Below are positions 20,482 to 29,883 of a DNA stretch of 64,000 bases, one piece after another. The position numbers were made by a program, and so were the translations under genes. Numbering within the stretch: the stretch's first letter is position 1; each line of letters opens with the position of its first letter. Where the stretch lies: positions 64,967 through 128,966 of IMG/VR virus record IMGVR_UViG_3300042505_000752, one strand, 5' to 3'. The DNA comes from a virus. Under the pieces are notes generated by a model. The model saw nothing but the letters and a program-made list of their open reading frames with translations, was not told the origin of the DNA and made no database searches.

Positions 20482-20712
20482 GTGAAAACAATCCTTCTTC
20501 GCATCCTTGCAACATTTGCTGCTTCTGGTCTTGGCGTTATTGGAGCAGGAGCGATTGCTAATGTCCCCATTTGGAAAGCCATGATTATGGCTGGAATTGG
20601 TGGAGTTGCACTAGTTATAGAAGGTCTTTCACGGGCATATCTGGATGACGGCAAACTTAGTAAAGAAGAAATTAACGCCGTTTTCAGTAAGGTAGACAAG
20701 AAGGCCAAGTGA
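20482..20712 (+). CDS. small two-TM membrane protein (holin-like)
   Basis: Two hydrophobic segments and a charged tail, upstream of the endolysin region. Confidence 0.55.
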   Translation: MKTILLRILATFAASGLGVIGAGAIANVPIWKAMIMAGIGGVALVIEGLSRAYLDDGKLSKEEINAVFSKVDKKAK

Positions 20713-20713
20713 C

Positions 20714-22531
20714 ATGACGGGCTTTTTTGACCGTCTTAAAAATATAGCGAAAACGCTATTTCGTTATGGTGGGCTTATTTATACTCCTATTGCAATTCTT
20801 GCCTTTTTTGCCCCATCTACTGTACGGGCTACATCCGATCCTTTGCCTTTTACTCCCGCAAACAATGGTTGCGGTCCATATCAAGCATCTACTGTCACGG
20901 GATCTTCTGGCGGTGCGATATGGGGTTCTAATCCCTACACTGATGACTCAACATTCTCCTCGGCGGCTGTTCACGCGGGTTTAATTGCCATCGGTGAGAC
21001 CGCAATCATTGAGCCATACATGGTAGACAACTACCCGTCCTACAAGGGTAGTGCCGCAAATGGTGTATCAACCTACGACTGGGGAGGGTCTTGGTGCGGC
21101 TATTACATTCGTATTTTTGGTACTACAGGAGAGATTCCCACTACCACGGAACCAAACACCATTTGTCCTCCTCTGAATTTAAATGTCATAGATAACGGCT
21201 CGTCAGTATTCTTGGATTGGGATGCGCCAAATTGTGGAAATGTGCAACCAGAACGCTATGCAATTTCTTGGAATGTCCCCCCTAACAATGGAGTTGGTAT
21301 AGCAACAGGGAATAGCGGTGATGAAGAATCTTTAAAAACTTTCATGAACATTCCATACGAGACCGTAAATGATGCTGGAGCAATGCCTGCTGATTACAGA
21401 TTTTCTGTTCGTTCAGATAATGATACTTTGCGTTTATACTCGGAATGGTCTAATGAGGTCACTTTAAGTCTTGCCGAATATCCAACTACAACCTCGTCAA
21501 CTACGACAACGATTCCAGAAACGACAACAACATGGGTTCCAACTACAACATCCACAGTCCCTCCGACGACGAGTATTACTACTGCCCCAATAGAGACTGT
21601 CCCTGTAACGACGGAAGCACCGACGGAAACGACAATTACGGAAGAACCAGAGACCACACCGACAACTGAAGCGGAGGTTGCAGTTGAAACCAGTGCCCCA
21701 GAACCAGAACAAGAAGGACCCGACTCAACGGTTCCTGAATCAACAGAACCACCCGAAACAACGCCAACGACGAGCGAAGCGCCGATAGAAGTACCAGAAG
21801 ATGTTCAAGACGAGGCTGACGCTGCTGTAGATGAAATTCTAGCATCATCTGAAAATATTGAAGAACTATCCGATGCCGTTGATGAATTAGTTGCTGAGGC
21901 TGATACACCAGAAGAACTAGTGGCAGTTATTGACGCTCTTCTTGGAACCGATCTAACAGATGAGCAGTTTGATGCGGTTATTGATTCGGTATTCTCCGAG
22001 CCATTAACAGACGAGAACTTCTCCGCCGCTCTTGATGCCGTCTTTGATGAACCTCTTTCGGATGAACAGTTTGATTCTGTAATCACTGCAATTTTAGATG
22101 AACCTATCTCGGATGAACAATTTGAGGAACTAGTTAGTGTCCTTGAGTCTGATTCCGTCTCCGAGGAACAAGTCTCTGATGCTGTTGATGAAATTATCGC
22201 TAATGACATTTCAGGAGAGCAGGCTGTTGATCTTGCAACTAGCGCAAAAGTTTTGGAAAGTGTTAACGGGGATCAGGCAACTGAAATATTTGATGCTGTT
22301 GACATTTCTGCCGTCACATCAGAAGAAGCCGCTGAACTAATTTCTGCCGTTCAAGACGCTCCAACGGAAGTAAAAGAAGCATTTGAAACTGAAATCAATG
22401 TTTTCCAAGGGGCTATTGATACATATGTTCCTCTCGGCTCAAGTATTTCAGTTGGCGAACGGCGCGTAGTAGTTGCAGTTAGTGCCGTAATTGTTGTTGC
22501 CCCAGCCCCAATTATTTCTAGGAGACGCTAG
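20714..22531 (+). CDS. membrane-anchored LCCL + FN3 protein with T/P/E linker and acidic repeats
   Basis: IWGSNPYTDDS...AAVHAG...Y.GS..NGV.T..W (LCCL-type); hydrophobic N- and C-termini. Confidence 0.75.
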   Translation: MTGFFDRLKNIAKTLFRYGGLIYTPIAILAFFAPSTVRATSDPLPFTPANNGCGPYQASTVTGSSGGAIWGSNPYTDDSTFSSAAVHAGLIAIGETAIIEPYMVDNYPSYKGSAANGVSTYDWGGSWCGYYIRIFGTTGEIPTTTEPNTICPPLNLNVIDNGSSVFLDWDAPNCGNVQPERYAISWNVPPNNGVGIATGNSGDEESLKTFMNIPYETVNDAGAMPADYRFSVRSDNDTLRLYSEWSNEVTLSLAEYPTTTSSTTTTIPETTTTWVPTTTSTVPPTTSITTAPIETVPVTTEAPTETTITEEPETTPTTEAEVAVETSAPEPEQEGPDSTVPESTEPPETTPTTSEAPIEVPEDVQDEADAAVDEILASSENIEELSDAVDELVAEADTPEELVAVIDALLGTDLTDEQFDAVIDSVFSEPLTDENFSAALDAVFDEPLSDEQFDSVITAILDEPISDEQFEELVSVLESDSVSEEQVSDAVDEIIANDISGEQAVDLATSAKVLESVNGDQATEIFDAVDISAVTSEEAAELISAVQDAPTEVKEAFETEINVFQGAIDTYVPLGSSISVGERRVVVAVSAVIVVAPAPIISRRR

Positions 22532-22740
22532 TGGAAAGTCCAAAGAAGGGAATAGTAAAGAAAATGTTTAAAAAATTCCGCAAAGAAATTTTTGCACTTT
22601 CGTGGACTCTTGGCGGAACCGCAATGGTTCTTATTACGCTAAGTGGACAAACCTTAAATCAAGGTTTGTGGATTGTGCTTTTTTCATTTATTTTACACAT
22701 GATTGGCGTATTGTTTACCAAAGATGACAACGCTAAATAA
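22531..22740 (+). CDS. small two-TM membrane protein
   Basis: Hydrophobic segments; coupled to the upstream stop. Confidence 0.65.
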   Translation: MESPKKGIVKKMFKKFRKEIFALSWTLGGTAMVLITLSGQTLNQGLWIVLFSFILHMIGVLFTKDDNAK

Positions 22741-22772
22741 TGTATAATATATAAACCACTTCTGGAGAAAAA

Positions 22773-23576
22773 ATGACACTTCCTTTCATTAAACTCGTCG
22801 TACCAACCGCTCTTAAGCAATATAAGAATGGTCAGTTGGCAGAGAGTGTGCTTGCGCCAGTTAAGACTGGCGGAAAAATGTATGCACCTGTCGCCTCTCA
22901 ATTTAATAAGATGTATGACGCGGCGCTCGCTGCTGGGTTTAAACTGAAGAATGTTGGCGACTACCGCTCTTTTCAAGGTCAGTTGTCAATGTTTATGGAT
23001 CGTTATGTAACGACAGACACTGGCACGGGTGTAACTCGCCAATACGAAGGTAAGACTTGGTATCTCAAAAAGGGCAAGGCTCCTTCAGCCGCCCCAGACC
23101 CAACTGGTCTAAAGGGTTCTAATCATGGCTGGGGACTAGCAATTGACCTCGGTTACGATGTCAACGGTAAACTCACCTCAATGGGTGGTGCTTGCTTTGA
23201 TTGGATGTGCGCCAACGCCCCCAAGTATGGTTTCTACCTTCAGGGCAACAACAAGGCATCCAAGGAATTTGAAGCGTGGCACTGGCAGTACGCTCTTGGT
23301 GATGCTTCTCCAGACGGTTCAGTTCAAGCCGCTCCTACATCCGCCCCTGCACCTGCCCCCGCTGGCGGTGGAATGAAGTTTGATTACCCTGGCGCGCCAG
23401 TTAAATTAGGTTCAAAGGGAACTGCCGCCTCCCTTGTTCAAGCAATCATTGGTGCAAAAGCAGATGGAGACTTTGGTCCGAAGTCTGTCGCCTCACTAAA
23501 GGCTTGGCAAACTGCACATGGCTTAACTGCCGATGGTTCAGTCGGACCAGTCACATGGAAAAAGATGTTTGGCTGA
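22773..23576 (+). CDS. endolysin: M15 (VanY-like) Zn peptidase + peptidoglycan-binding domain
   Basis: YRS, SNHGWGLAID, EAWHW; C-terminal ADGDFGPK...WQ...GLTADG.VGP.TW. Confidence 0.88.
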   Translation: MTLPFIKLVVPTALKQYKNGQLAESVLAPVKTGGKMYAPVASQFNKMYDAALAAGFKLKNVGDYRSFQGQLSMFMDRYVTTDTGTGVTRQYEGKTWYLKKGKAPSAAPDPTGLKGSNHGWGLAIDLGYDVNGKLTSMGGACFDWMCANAPKYGFYLQGNNKASKEFEAWHWQYALGDASPDGSVQAAPTSAPAPAPAGGGMKFDYPGAPVKLGSKGTAASLVQAIIGAKADGDFGPKSVASLKAWQTAHGLTADGSVGPVTWKKMFG

Positions 23577-23582
23577 TAGTCA

Positions 23583-23930
23583 ATGGAACCATCTAAAATT
23601 GCACTAATTCAAGCACTGCTTAGTGGAGCGCAACTTAATGTTGTCCAAGAAGGTCCTCGGCTAAATCCAGCAGAAAAAGATTTAGCATCTGCACTTCTTG
23701 GTATTGCTCAAAAGCACGGAACATTTGATCATTCTGGTTGCGGAATCTATGCTTCCTATGAAGCAGGAGCGGTAAACGAGACGCAGAACATTGGCGTAAA
23801 GTGCGAAAACTGCGTTTTATTTGCTGGTGGGAATCGTTGTAAAATTGTTTCGTTCCCCGTTGAAGCAACTGGCAAGTGCAGATTCGCAGTTATCCCTGAC
23901 GGCGTAGTCAAGGGATACGGAAAACTGTGA
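23583..23930 (+). CDS. protein with HiPIP-like four-Cys domain
   Basis: KCENCVLF...RCKIV...GKCRF. Confidence 0.5.
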   Translation: MEPSKIALIQALLSGAQLNVVQEGPRLNPAEKDLASALLGIAQKHGTFDHSGCGIYASYEAGAVNETQNIGVKCENCVLFAGGNRCKIVSFPVEATGKCRFAVIPDGVVKGYGKL

Positions 23931-24307
23931 GTAACAGATTCTTCTACGAAGCGAAGGTTTTAAATGTTGTTGACGGTGATACTTTGGACCTCTTGGTGGA
24001 CCTTGGTTTCAGCGTACATCACAATATCCGCGTTCGTTTGCATGGCATCAATACGCCTGAATCAAAAACGACGGACATCAAAGAAAAAGAACTTGGATTA
24101 AAGGCAAAAGATTATACAAAGGACTGGATTAACAGACACCCTCAAGTTTTTGTTAGCACGGTTAAAGATAAAAAAGAAAAGTTTGGTCGCATTCTTGCAA
24201 ATATTTATAGCGACGAAACAAAAACAGTATCGTTAAACGAGTCCTTAGTTGACGCAGGGTACGCTCGCGTCTATAACGGCGAAAAAAGAACTGGGTGGTT
24301 TGATTGA
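23927..24307 (+). CDS. thermonuclease (SNase-like)
   Basis: VVDGDTL, RVRL.GINTPE, KFGRILA, LVDAGYARVY. Confidence 0.9.
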   Translation: MSNRFFYEAKVLNVVDGDTLDLLVDLGFSVHHNIRVRLHGINTPESKTTDIKEKELGLKAKDYTKDWINRHPQVFVSTVKDKKEKFGRILANIYSDETKTVSLNESLVDAGYARVYNGEKRTGWFD

Positions 24308-24347
24308 TATGGGACTCCAAAACCTACAGAAACAGTGGTATTAAATC

Positions 24348-24866
24348 ATGGCAGATAGAAATGGTGACCTTATTGTTTATCATCGCTCAGACTGCGGTTC
24401 TGGCTATGTAAGAATGTATGGCTTCGGCGGAGATGGCACAGGTCAATCTTGCGGAAAATGGGGATTAGAAGATTGGCAAATAGACATCATTCATCAATAT
24501 GACTGGAACTTCAAAGCGGAAGACCTGAACCAATTGAAAATCTATCGCGATGGTGATTTATTTGGCAACGGGAAGTTATCCCCAGAGCAATTTCAGTTGG
24601 CAGTGAATTATGTATCAGGATGCCATACGGATGCATATGGTCACCTACTCAACGACGATGGGAGTAGGCAGGATGGACAAAATCCTCAAGATTCCCAAGG
24701 TTTCTATTTGGCATTTAATGTAAACAATAGATGTCCAGATAGCACAAGAAGGGAATGCCCTGAGAATCACGCCCGTTGGAAAAGTTTAGAGGCATCAATG
24801 GGAGGGGACATGAGCGCTTTTGGCGGTGGACCCGAGACTTGGAAATTAATTCCGTACAACGGATAA
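24348..24866 (+). CDS. hypothetical protein
   Basis: 172-aa ORF in operon context. Confidence 0.65.
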   Translation: MADRNGDLIVYHRSDCGSGYVRMYGFGGDGTGQSCGKWGLEDWQIDIIHQYDWNFKAEDLNQLKIYRDGDLFGNGKLSPEQFQLAVNYVSGCHTDAYGHLLNDDGSRQDGQNPQDSQGFYLAFNVNNRCPDSTRRECPENHARWKSLEASMGGDMSAFGGGPETWKLIPYNG

Positions 24867-24883
24867 TAAAAGTTTGGATTGAT

Positions 24884-25084
24884 ATGGGACTACATGAAGC
24901 ACTTATTGGTTTTGCCGTAGCAATTATTGGTTTGCTGACTGCTTTAATTGAGAAAAGTCGTCGTGAAAATGTTCGTGACCATGGGATGGTTCGTGACAGA
25001 TTAGACGACATCAAGCAAGATGTTCGTGAAGTTCGTTCGGTTTTGACGGACCACTTAGAGGCTCACGCACAAGAAAAAAAGTAA
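24884..25084 (+). CDS. small N-terminal TM + coiled-coil protein (DUF2746-like)
   Basis: Hydrophobic N-terminus, then R.LDDIK.DV.EVR..L.DH. Confidence 0.55.
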   Translation: MGLHEALIGFAVAIIGLLTALIEKSRRENVRDHGMVRDRLDDIKQDVREVRSVLTDHLEAHAQEKK

Positions 25085-25306
25085 TTACTTTTTAGTTTTT
25101 TTCTTTTTCTTCTTAGCAAACTCAGCATCCTGTTGGCGTTTCCACACTATGTAATCTGGTGGATACTTGCGCTTATCTGGATGCATCATATACTCATGCA
25201 TGTCAAATGAGTTGACCATTTTTTTGCCACAATGCGGACATATCTCAATGTTGGCAGGGTAGTCGCTAGTTTGCCAAGTCACTGGTACTCCCCGCAGGAT
25301 GGGCAT
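25085..25306 (-). CDS. small CxxC protein
   Basis: CPHCG motif; basic tail. Confidence 0.5.
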   Translation of the reverse strand: MPILRGVPVTWQTSDYPANIEICPHCGKKMVNSFDMHEYMMHPDKRKYPPDYIVWKRQQDAEFAKKKKKKTKK

Positions 25307-25508
25307 TTATCATCGCCCCATTTTAGCGGTTGTCCGCAGTCATAGCAATACAGGATTTCTTCTTCTTCGTTACTATTTTCTTTACTTTCCACAGTTGGAT
25401 TGTACCCCATGATAAGTTTTACCTAGGTGAATGCATACTATGTAATAATAGTTATGCACGCCGAATTACGCAAGATAAGCCTGTATTTTCTAATTTATAT
25501 GGAGTAAA

Positions 25509-25841
25509 ATGAATGATGTAATTAGTAATGATATTTTTTGGCACAAAGACAACCATGTCATTCATTTACAATTAAACAAGAGCGAAGTATCCATTGTCCA
25601 TATCCACTGCCCTAACAACGAGGACAGGGAATGTCGTGTTGGAAAATTTGAATGCATTGTTTCTTGGTTTCTAGATCGCTACGGGCTTGAGTGCAATGTT
25701 GGCATTTGTGATATTTCTTCTGAGATTGAAATAGCATGGTCTGCTGTTGGCGAAGATTTTGACGATCCAGAACTATGTCAAGTTTGGGTTATCCCAGTAA
25801 ACGATGAAGCGTTCTCCGCTTGGCTTATTACTCAGGAGTAA
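25509..25841 (+). CDS. hypothetical Cys-rich protein
   Basis: GGAG RBS; 110 aa. Confidence 0.65.
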   Translation: MNDVISNDIFWHKDNHVIHLQLNKSEVSIVHIHCPNNEDRECRVGKFECIVSWFLDRYGLECNVGICDISSEIEIAWSAVGEDFDDPELCQVWVIPVNDEAFSAWLITQE

Positions 25842-26313
25842 CCACTTCTGGGGCTGTATATCTTTCGGTCTCTTCAACATACTTCTTAACCTCGGGCATC
25901 AGCGTGTCTAGGAAACGACTGATATCAGGGTGATTTAAGCCTTCTTTGAAATTAAAAGAATAAGTGTTTCTGTTTCTGACTTTTGTCTTTGTTATGAGTT
26001 TACTTTTCAAAAGCAGTTTTACCGAGTGATTAATATTTGATTCTGAAACTCCGATGTATTTTGATAATGCTCGTTGAGTAATACCAGAATCCTCAATGAT
26101 TGCTATAAGAACTCGCCCATGACTATTGAGTAGTTGTACCTGATTAGGTTTGGCGTATGTAACAAGATGATGCCTGTCAAGCAAGTGCATGATTTTGTCA
26201 GTGACTGCTTCAGCAGATTCACCTTTATCCATTGCAATTTGGATAGTTATCTTGAGTGGTTCAAAAATTTCAAGTTTACTATTAATTGACACTGTTTCAG
26301 CAGAATTAATCAT
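25828..26313 (-). CDS. winged-HTH (MarR-like) DNA-binding protein
   Basis: ITQRALSKYIGVSESNINHSVKLL...ITK...RN.Y. Confidence 0.75.
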   Translation of the reverse strand: MINSAETVSINSKLEIFEPLKITIQIAMDKGESAEAVTDKIMHLLDRHHLVTYAKPNQVQLLNSHGRVLIAIIEDSGITQRALSKYIGVSESNINHSVKLLLKSKLITKTKVRNRNTYSFNFKEGLNHPDISRFLDTLMPEVKKYVEETERYTAPEVVTPE

Positions 26314-26381
26314 ACAAATGAACTATAGTACACTGGACAACCACGGCACGCCCATTAAGCCTCAATTTATGGAGACAGTAA

Positions 26382-26624
26382 ATGAGCCTTGAAAACAAAC
26401 TGAATAGCCTGAAACAAATCAGGGATTTTAACAATGTGTGTACTGTTGGCGGCATTATCAATGAGTTACCAGAAGTAGAGAAAAAGGCGCTAGTCAGTGC
26501 CCTAAGTTCCAAAGCCTCAACACGAGGAATCTACGATGCTCTCAAATCTGAAGGTTTCAAGATTGATAGACAAACAATAACTCTTCACCGCAAGGGCTAT
26601 TGCCGATGTAAGGAGCAAGAATGA
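26382..26624 (+). CDS. hypothetical protein
   Basis: Coupled to the phosphoesterase; C...HRKGYCRC. Confidence 0.65.
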   Translation: MSLENKLNSLKQIRDFNNVCTVGGIINELPEVEKKALVSALSSKASTRGIYDALKSEGFKIDRQTITLHRKGYCRCKEQE

Positions 26625-27844
26625 CCAATCTATCCAAGCGTCTCGCTGCTGTAGAAAATCAAGCAGAACTTGAAGACGCAGTAAAGAAGAAGAAGTCACC
26701 CCAAGGATGGGAACCTGGTGTTGTCTGGGAAGGCGCAAAAGGAACCATTACCACAAGCGCGGTATACGAACCGCCGAAGGAATGGTCATCACTCCTTAAA
26801 GAACGAGGGCTAGACCCCGACATGTACGAGATTGTTGGGGACACAATTCGCTGGACATCTTTTGACGGATGGAAGCGAGATGCACCAGGTGACGAGGCAT
26901 ATAGCACTATTTGCTACTCATACAAGGCTGATATACGCCTGAAGTCCCCAGAACGACCCAATTTAGACGAGATATATCAGGCTGTTAAGAAGGCAAAAAA
27001 GCCCTCTAAAGAAGCACCCTCTGGAGACACTACTTTTGTCATTGCTCTGTCGGATTGGCAGACGGGAAACCGTGATGGTGGCGGAGTGCAAAAGCAAGTA
27101 GAAGAAATCGCTGCACTTCCAGATAAATTAGTTAAAAGAGTTCGTGACCTGCGCAAATGCGGTACGAAAATCAACCATATCCTGATTGTTGGCTTAGGCG
27201 ACCTAGTAGAAGGAACTTGCGGACACTACCCAGCCCAGCAATTCCGCATTGAAGTAGACCGCCGAGAGCAGATGAAGATCGTCCGAAGGGGAATCCGAGA
27301 CATCATTATGGCTCTTGCTCCCCTAGTAGAGCGCGTAACAATCACTGCTGTTGGTGGAAACCACGGCGAAAACAGAGGATTGAGCGGAAAAGCCTTCACG
27401 ACCACTGGGGACAACGACGATGTTGCCATCTTTGAGCAGATTGCCGAAGCCTTCCAGATGAATAAAGAAGCCTTCCCTAATGTGAGTTGGCGCATTCCGC
27501 TAGAACGACTGACCACTTCTGTTGAGATCAACGGCAAAATCATCGCCTTTACCCACGGACACCTCAGTAAGCCTTCTGGTAACGCCGCCCAATCTGTATG
27601 GAATTGGTGGAAAGACCAAGCCCACGGACGCGCTCACCCAGGTGTGGCAGATGCTGACATTCTCGTAACAGGGCATTATCACCACTTCAATGCCAAAGAA
27701 CAGGAAGGGCGAGCACTATTCGTCTGCCCAAGCATCGTATCTGTTGGTGAATACTTCCAAGATACCTATGGAGTCAAGACTCGTGCAGGCACTTTGACCT
27801 TCTGTGTCAATAGCGTCGGCTGGACAGAAATGTCAATCGTCTAA
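26621..27844 (+). CDS. calcineurin-like metallophosphoesterase / nuclease
   Basis: SDWQ, GDLVEG, GNHGE, HGH, GHYHH motifs. Confidence 0.85.
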   Translation: MTNLSKRLAAVENQAELEDAVKKKKSPQGWEPGVVWEGAKGTITTSAVYEPPKEWSSLLKERGLDPDMYEIVGDTIRWTSFDGWKRDAPGDEAYSTICYSYKADIRLKSPERPNLDEIYQAVKKAKKPSKEAPSGDTTFVIALSDWQTGNRDGGGVQKQVEEIAALPDKLVKRVRDLRKCGTKINHILIVGLGDLVEGTCGHYPAQQFRIEVDRREQMKIVRRGIRDIIMALAPLVERVTITAVGGNHGENRGLSGKAFTTTGDNDDVAIFEQIAEAFQMNKEAFPNVSWRIPLERLTTSVEINGKIIAFTHGHLSKPSGNAAQSVWNWWKDQAHGRAHPGVADADILVTGHYHHFNAKEQEGRALFVCPSIVSVGEYFQDTYGVKTRAGTLTFCVNSVGWTEMSIV

Positions 27845-27880
27845 GAAGTTCATATAAATCTAACGGGAAATTAGGGAAGT

Positions 27881-28492
27881 ATGACAACTATCATCGGATT
27901 ACAAGGCGACGACTGGTGCGTTATTGGCGCAGATAGCCGTATTACCTCTATGGACGAGAGCGGGTTCATCTCTAGTCAGCAAGTGCTTCCCCCAACCTCA
28001 TCTAAACTTATCTCAAAGAGGGGTTACATCATAGGAGCGGCAGGAGACATGCGCGCAATCAACATCCTGCATCATGTCTACGAACCCCCAGTTTCTCCTA
28101 AATCTAACCTAGTAGAGAAGATAGATCAGTTCATTACCAAGTCAGTAGTACCAAGCATACGAGAGTGCTTTGACAACCAAGGCTACAGTCCGCCAGATAA
28201 ATCTGACCGAGAACACCAAGCCCAACAAGACTCCACAATCCTCATAGCAATCAAAGCCCGTATCTACATTATTGACAACGACTACTCATGGGCACAGGAC
28301 GAAACAGGCATTTATACCATAGGCACAGGAAGCCAGTATGCCCGAGCAGTACTACATCTCCTAACGAACAATACAACTAAGAACCTCACCCTAGAGAAGG
28401 CAACTCTACATATCAAGAAAGCCCTGACTATCGCGTCTCACCACGACCCGTACACAGGACCGCCACATCACATCCACACTCAAACCACATGA
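27881..28492 (+). CDS. Ntn-hydrolase, proteasome-beta/HslV-like peptidase
   Basis: N-terminal MTTI, GADSR, GAAGD, IGTGS.YA. Confidence 0.8.
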   Translation: MTTIIGLQGDDWCVIGADSRITSMDESGFISSQQVLPPTSSKLISKRGYIIGAAGDMRAINILHHVYEPPVSPKSNLVEKIDQFITKSVVPSIRECFDNQGYSPPDKSDREHQAQQDSTILIAIKARIYIIDNDYSWAQDETGIYTIGTGSQYARAVLHLLTNNTTKNLTLEKATLHIKKALTIASHHDPYTGPPHHIHTQTT

Positions 28493-28510
28493 AAGCCACG
28501 CTCCTTCCAC

Positions 28511-28801
28511 ATGTTTCCCACAAGCCAACCAGTGTTCTTCAAGAAGGCTAACTGCCTAGGACAGACACACTTAATGTTCCCCCAGCACCATAAGGACATT
28601 ACTTACATCCAACAAGCACGAGAACTCTGTAGTACTTGCAGTGTGAGCAAACAATGCCTAGAATATGCTCTTGAATTTCCAGCAGCAGACATGCACGGAG
28701 TATGGGCAGGTCTGACAAGTAGGCAGTTATCTGCGGAACAAAAGCGCAGGGGAATCAAGGCTACACGACCCACATTGGCTCAAATGTGGGGGGATAAGTA
28801 A
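28511..28801 (+). CDS. whiB: WhiB-family Fe-S transcription factor
   Basis: C...C..C.V..QC Cys spacing, GVWAGL, RR tail. Confidence 0.9.
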   Translation: MFPTSQPVFFKKANCLGQTHLMFPQHHKDITYIQQARELCSTCSVSKQCLEYALEFPAADMHGVWAGLTSRQLSAEQKRRGIKATRPTLAQMWGDK

Positions 28802-28885
28802 GGCTTGCAGTATCTAACATAGATTTTACACAAAACACTACAAATTCATGTAATTTACCACTATACAAACAATAGAAGGATAGTT

Positions 28886-29116
28886 ATGTCTACAACCCTC
28901 ACCTACAACCAGTGGATAGCAATCGGAATAGATCAAGGATGGTGCGGACCAGCAGTCTGCTACACCCATGATGGACTACCGACTACGGCTGATGAGGACG
29001 AAGAGTTTCAATGGGGTGACCCGTGCATCCATATCGTAAGACTGTATGAGGATCACGAGACGAGACTGGCGATAGAGAACAACCATTCGGCTAGCAACTG
29101 GCGCAAACCTCTATGA
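28886..29116 (+). CDS. hypothetical protein
   Basis: AGAAGGA RBS. Confidence 0.7.
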   Translation: MSTTLTYNQWIAIGIDQGWCGPAVCYTHDGLPTTADEDEEFQWGDPCIHIVRLYEDHETRLAIENNHSASNWRKPL

Positions 29117-29319
29117 GCATCCTTGACGACCTCAAGGCGAGGATAGATCAACTCATGAAGGACACTGAGGCTCTTGATGAGGAGTTGGATGAGTGGCAGA
29201 TCACCAACAACAAGAACTGCATTGCAGAGTTGAAGAGTGACCTAGTGAGGTTACAGAAACTGATTGACGGGCACTTGAGTACTAAGCAACCCGAATCCGA
29301 CACTCAGGGCAAAAACTAG
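29113..29319 (+). CDS. coiled-coil hypothetical protein
   Basis: ATGA overlap; heptad pattern. Confidence 0.6.
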   Translation: MSILDDLKARIDQLMKDTEALDEELDEWQITNNKNCIAELKSDLVRLQKLIDGHLSTKQPESDTQGKN

Positions 29320-29635
29320 CACCGCCGAAACGCTCAGGGGAATCTGTGCCAGCACACCCCACGCCCTCGCGTCCGCACGGAAGCAGAATTTTGTCGCCAG
29401 TGAGGTAGGCGTGAATCATGTCGGTCTGAGTTGGGATCGGCACTCGCGCTGGCGGAGGCTCTGGTAATCCCAGTTCCTCGTCCAGTGCGCGCATCAGCAT
29501 CTGGATGCACCAGTTCGTGTAGGCTACACCTAACTTCTCTGCGTGCTCAACCAGTCGGTTCTTCTGTTTGCCCGGTAAGCGGAGAACGATTGTTGCTGGC
29601 TGGGTCTCGTTAGACTTGCGGGGTTTGGCGGGCAT
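29282..29635 (-). CDS. ribbon-helix-helix-like protein with C-terminal Cys motif
   Basis: TIVLRLPGKQKNRLVEHAEKLGVAYTNW; C...C...CPEC. Confidence 0.6.
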   Translation of the reverse strand: MPAKPRKSNETQPATIVLRLPGKQKNRLVEHAEKLGVAYTNWCIQMLMRALDEELGLPEPPPARVPIPTQTDMIHAYLTGDKILLPCGREGVGCAGTDSPERFGGASFCPECRIRVA

Positions 29636-29783
29636 CGCGCTCCACTAGCGTCAGCAGGTATTCGGTGATCGTCATGTCGTATCCTTCGGCTAGGGCGAGG
29701 ATCTGGTTCTTCGTTTTGCCAGCGATCTTGAGAGTGATAGTCGTCTTAGGGGAGGCGGTTGGTTTTGGGGGTCGTCCGATCAT
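29610..29783 (-). CDS. 57-aa ribbon-helix-helix (CopG-like) protein, not in ORF track
   Basis: Hand translation: MIGRPPKPTASPKTTITLKIAGKTKNQILALAEGYDMTITEYLLTLVERDARQTPQV. Confidence 0.7.
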   Translation of the reverse strand: MIGRPPKPTASPKTTITLKIAGKTKNQILALAEGYDMTITEYLLTLVERDARQTPQV

Positions 29784-29883
29784 GTTGGTAGTTTACTGAA
29801 AGGAGGTTGCTTTTTGGGGATGGGTCCTGTATAATAGTGTTATACCGAAAAGTATTCGGTTTAAATTACTAAGGAGTACTACT

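Noticed and set aside
137-28500. Numerous short antisense or alternate-frame ORFs overlapping the long + strand genes
   Set aside because: Shadow ORFs with no RBS or recognisable motifs.
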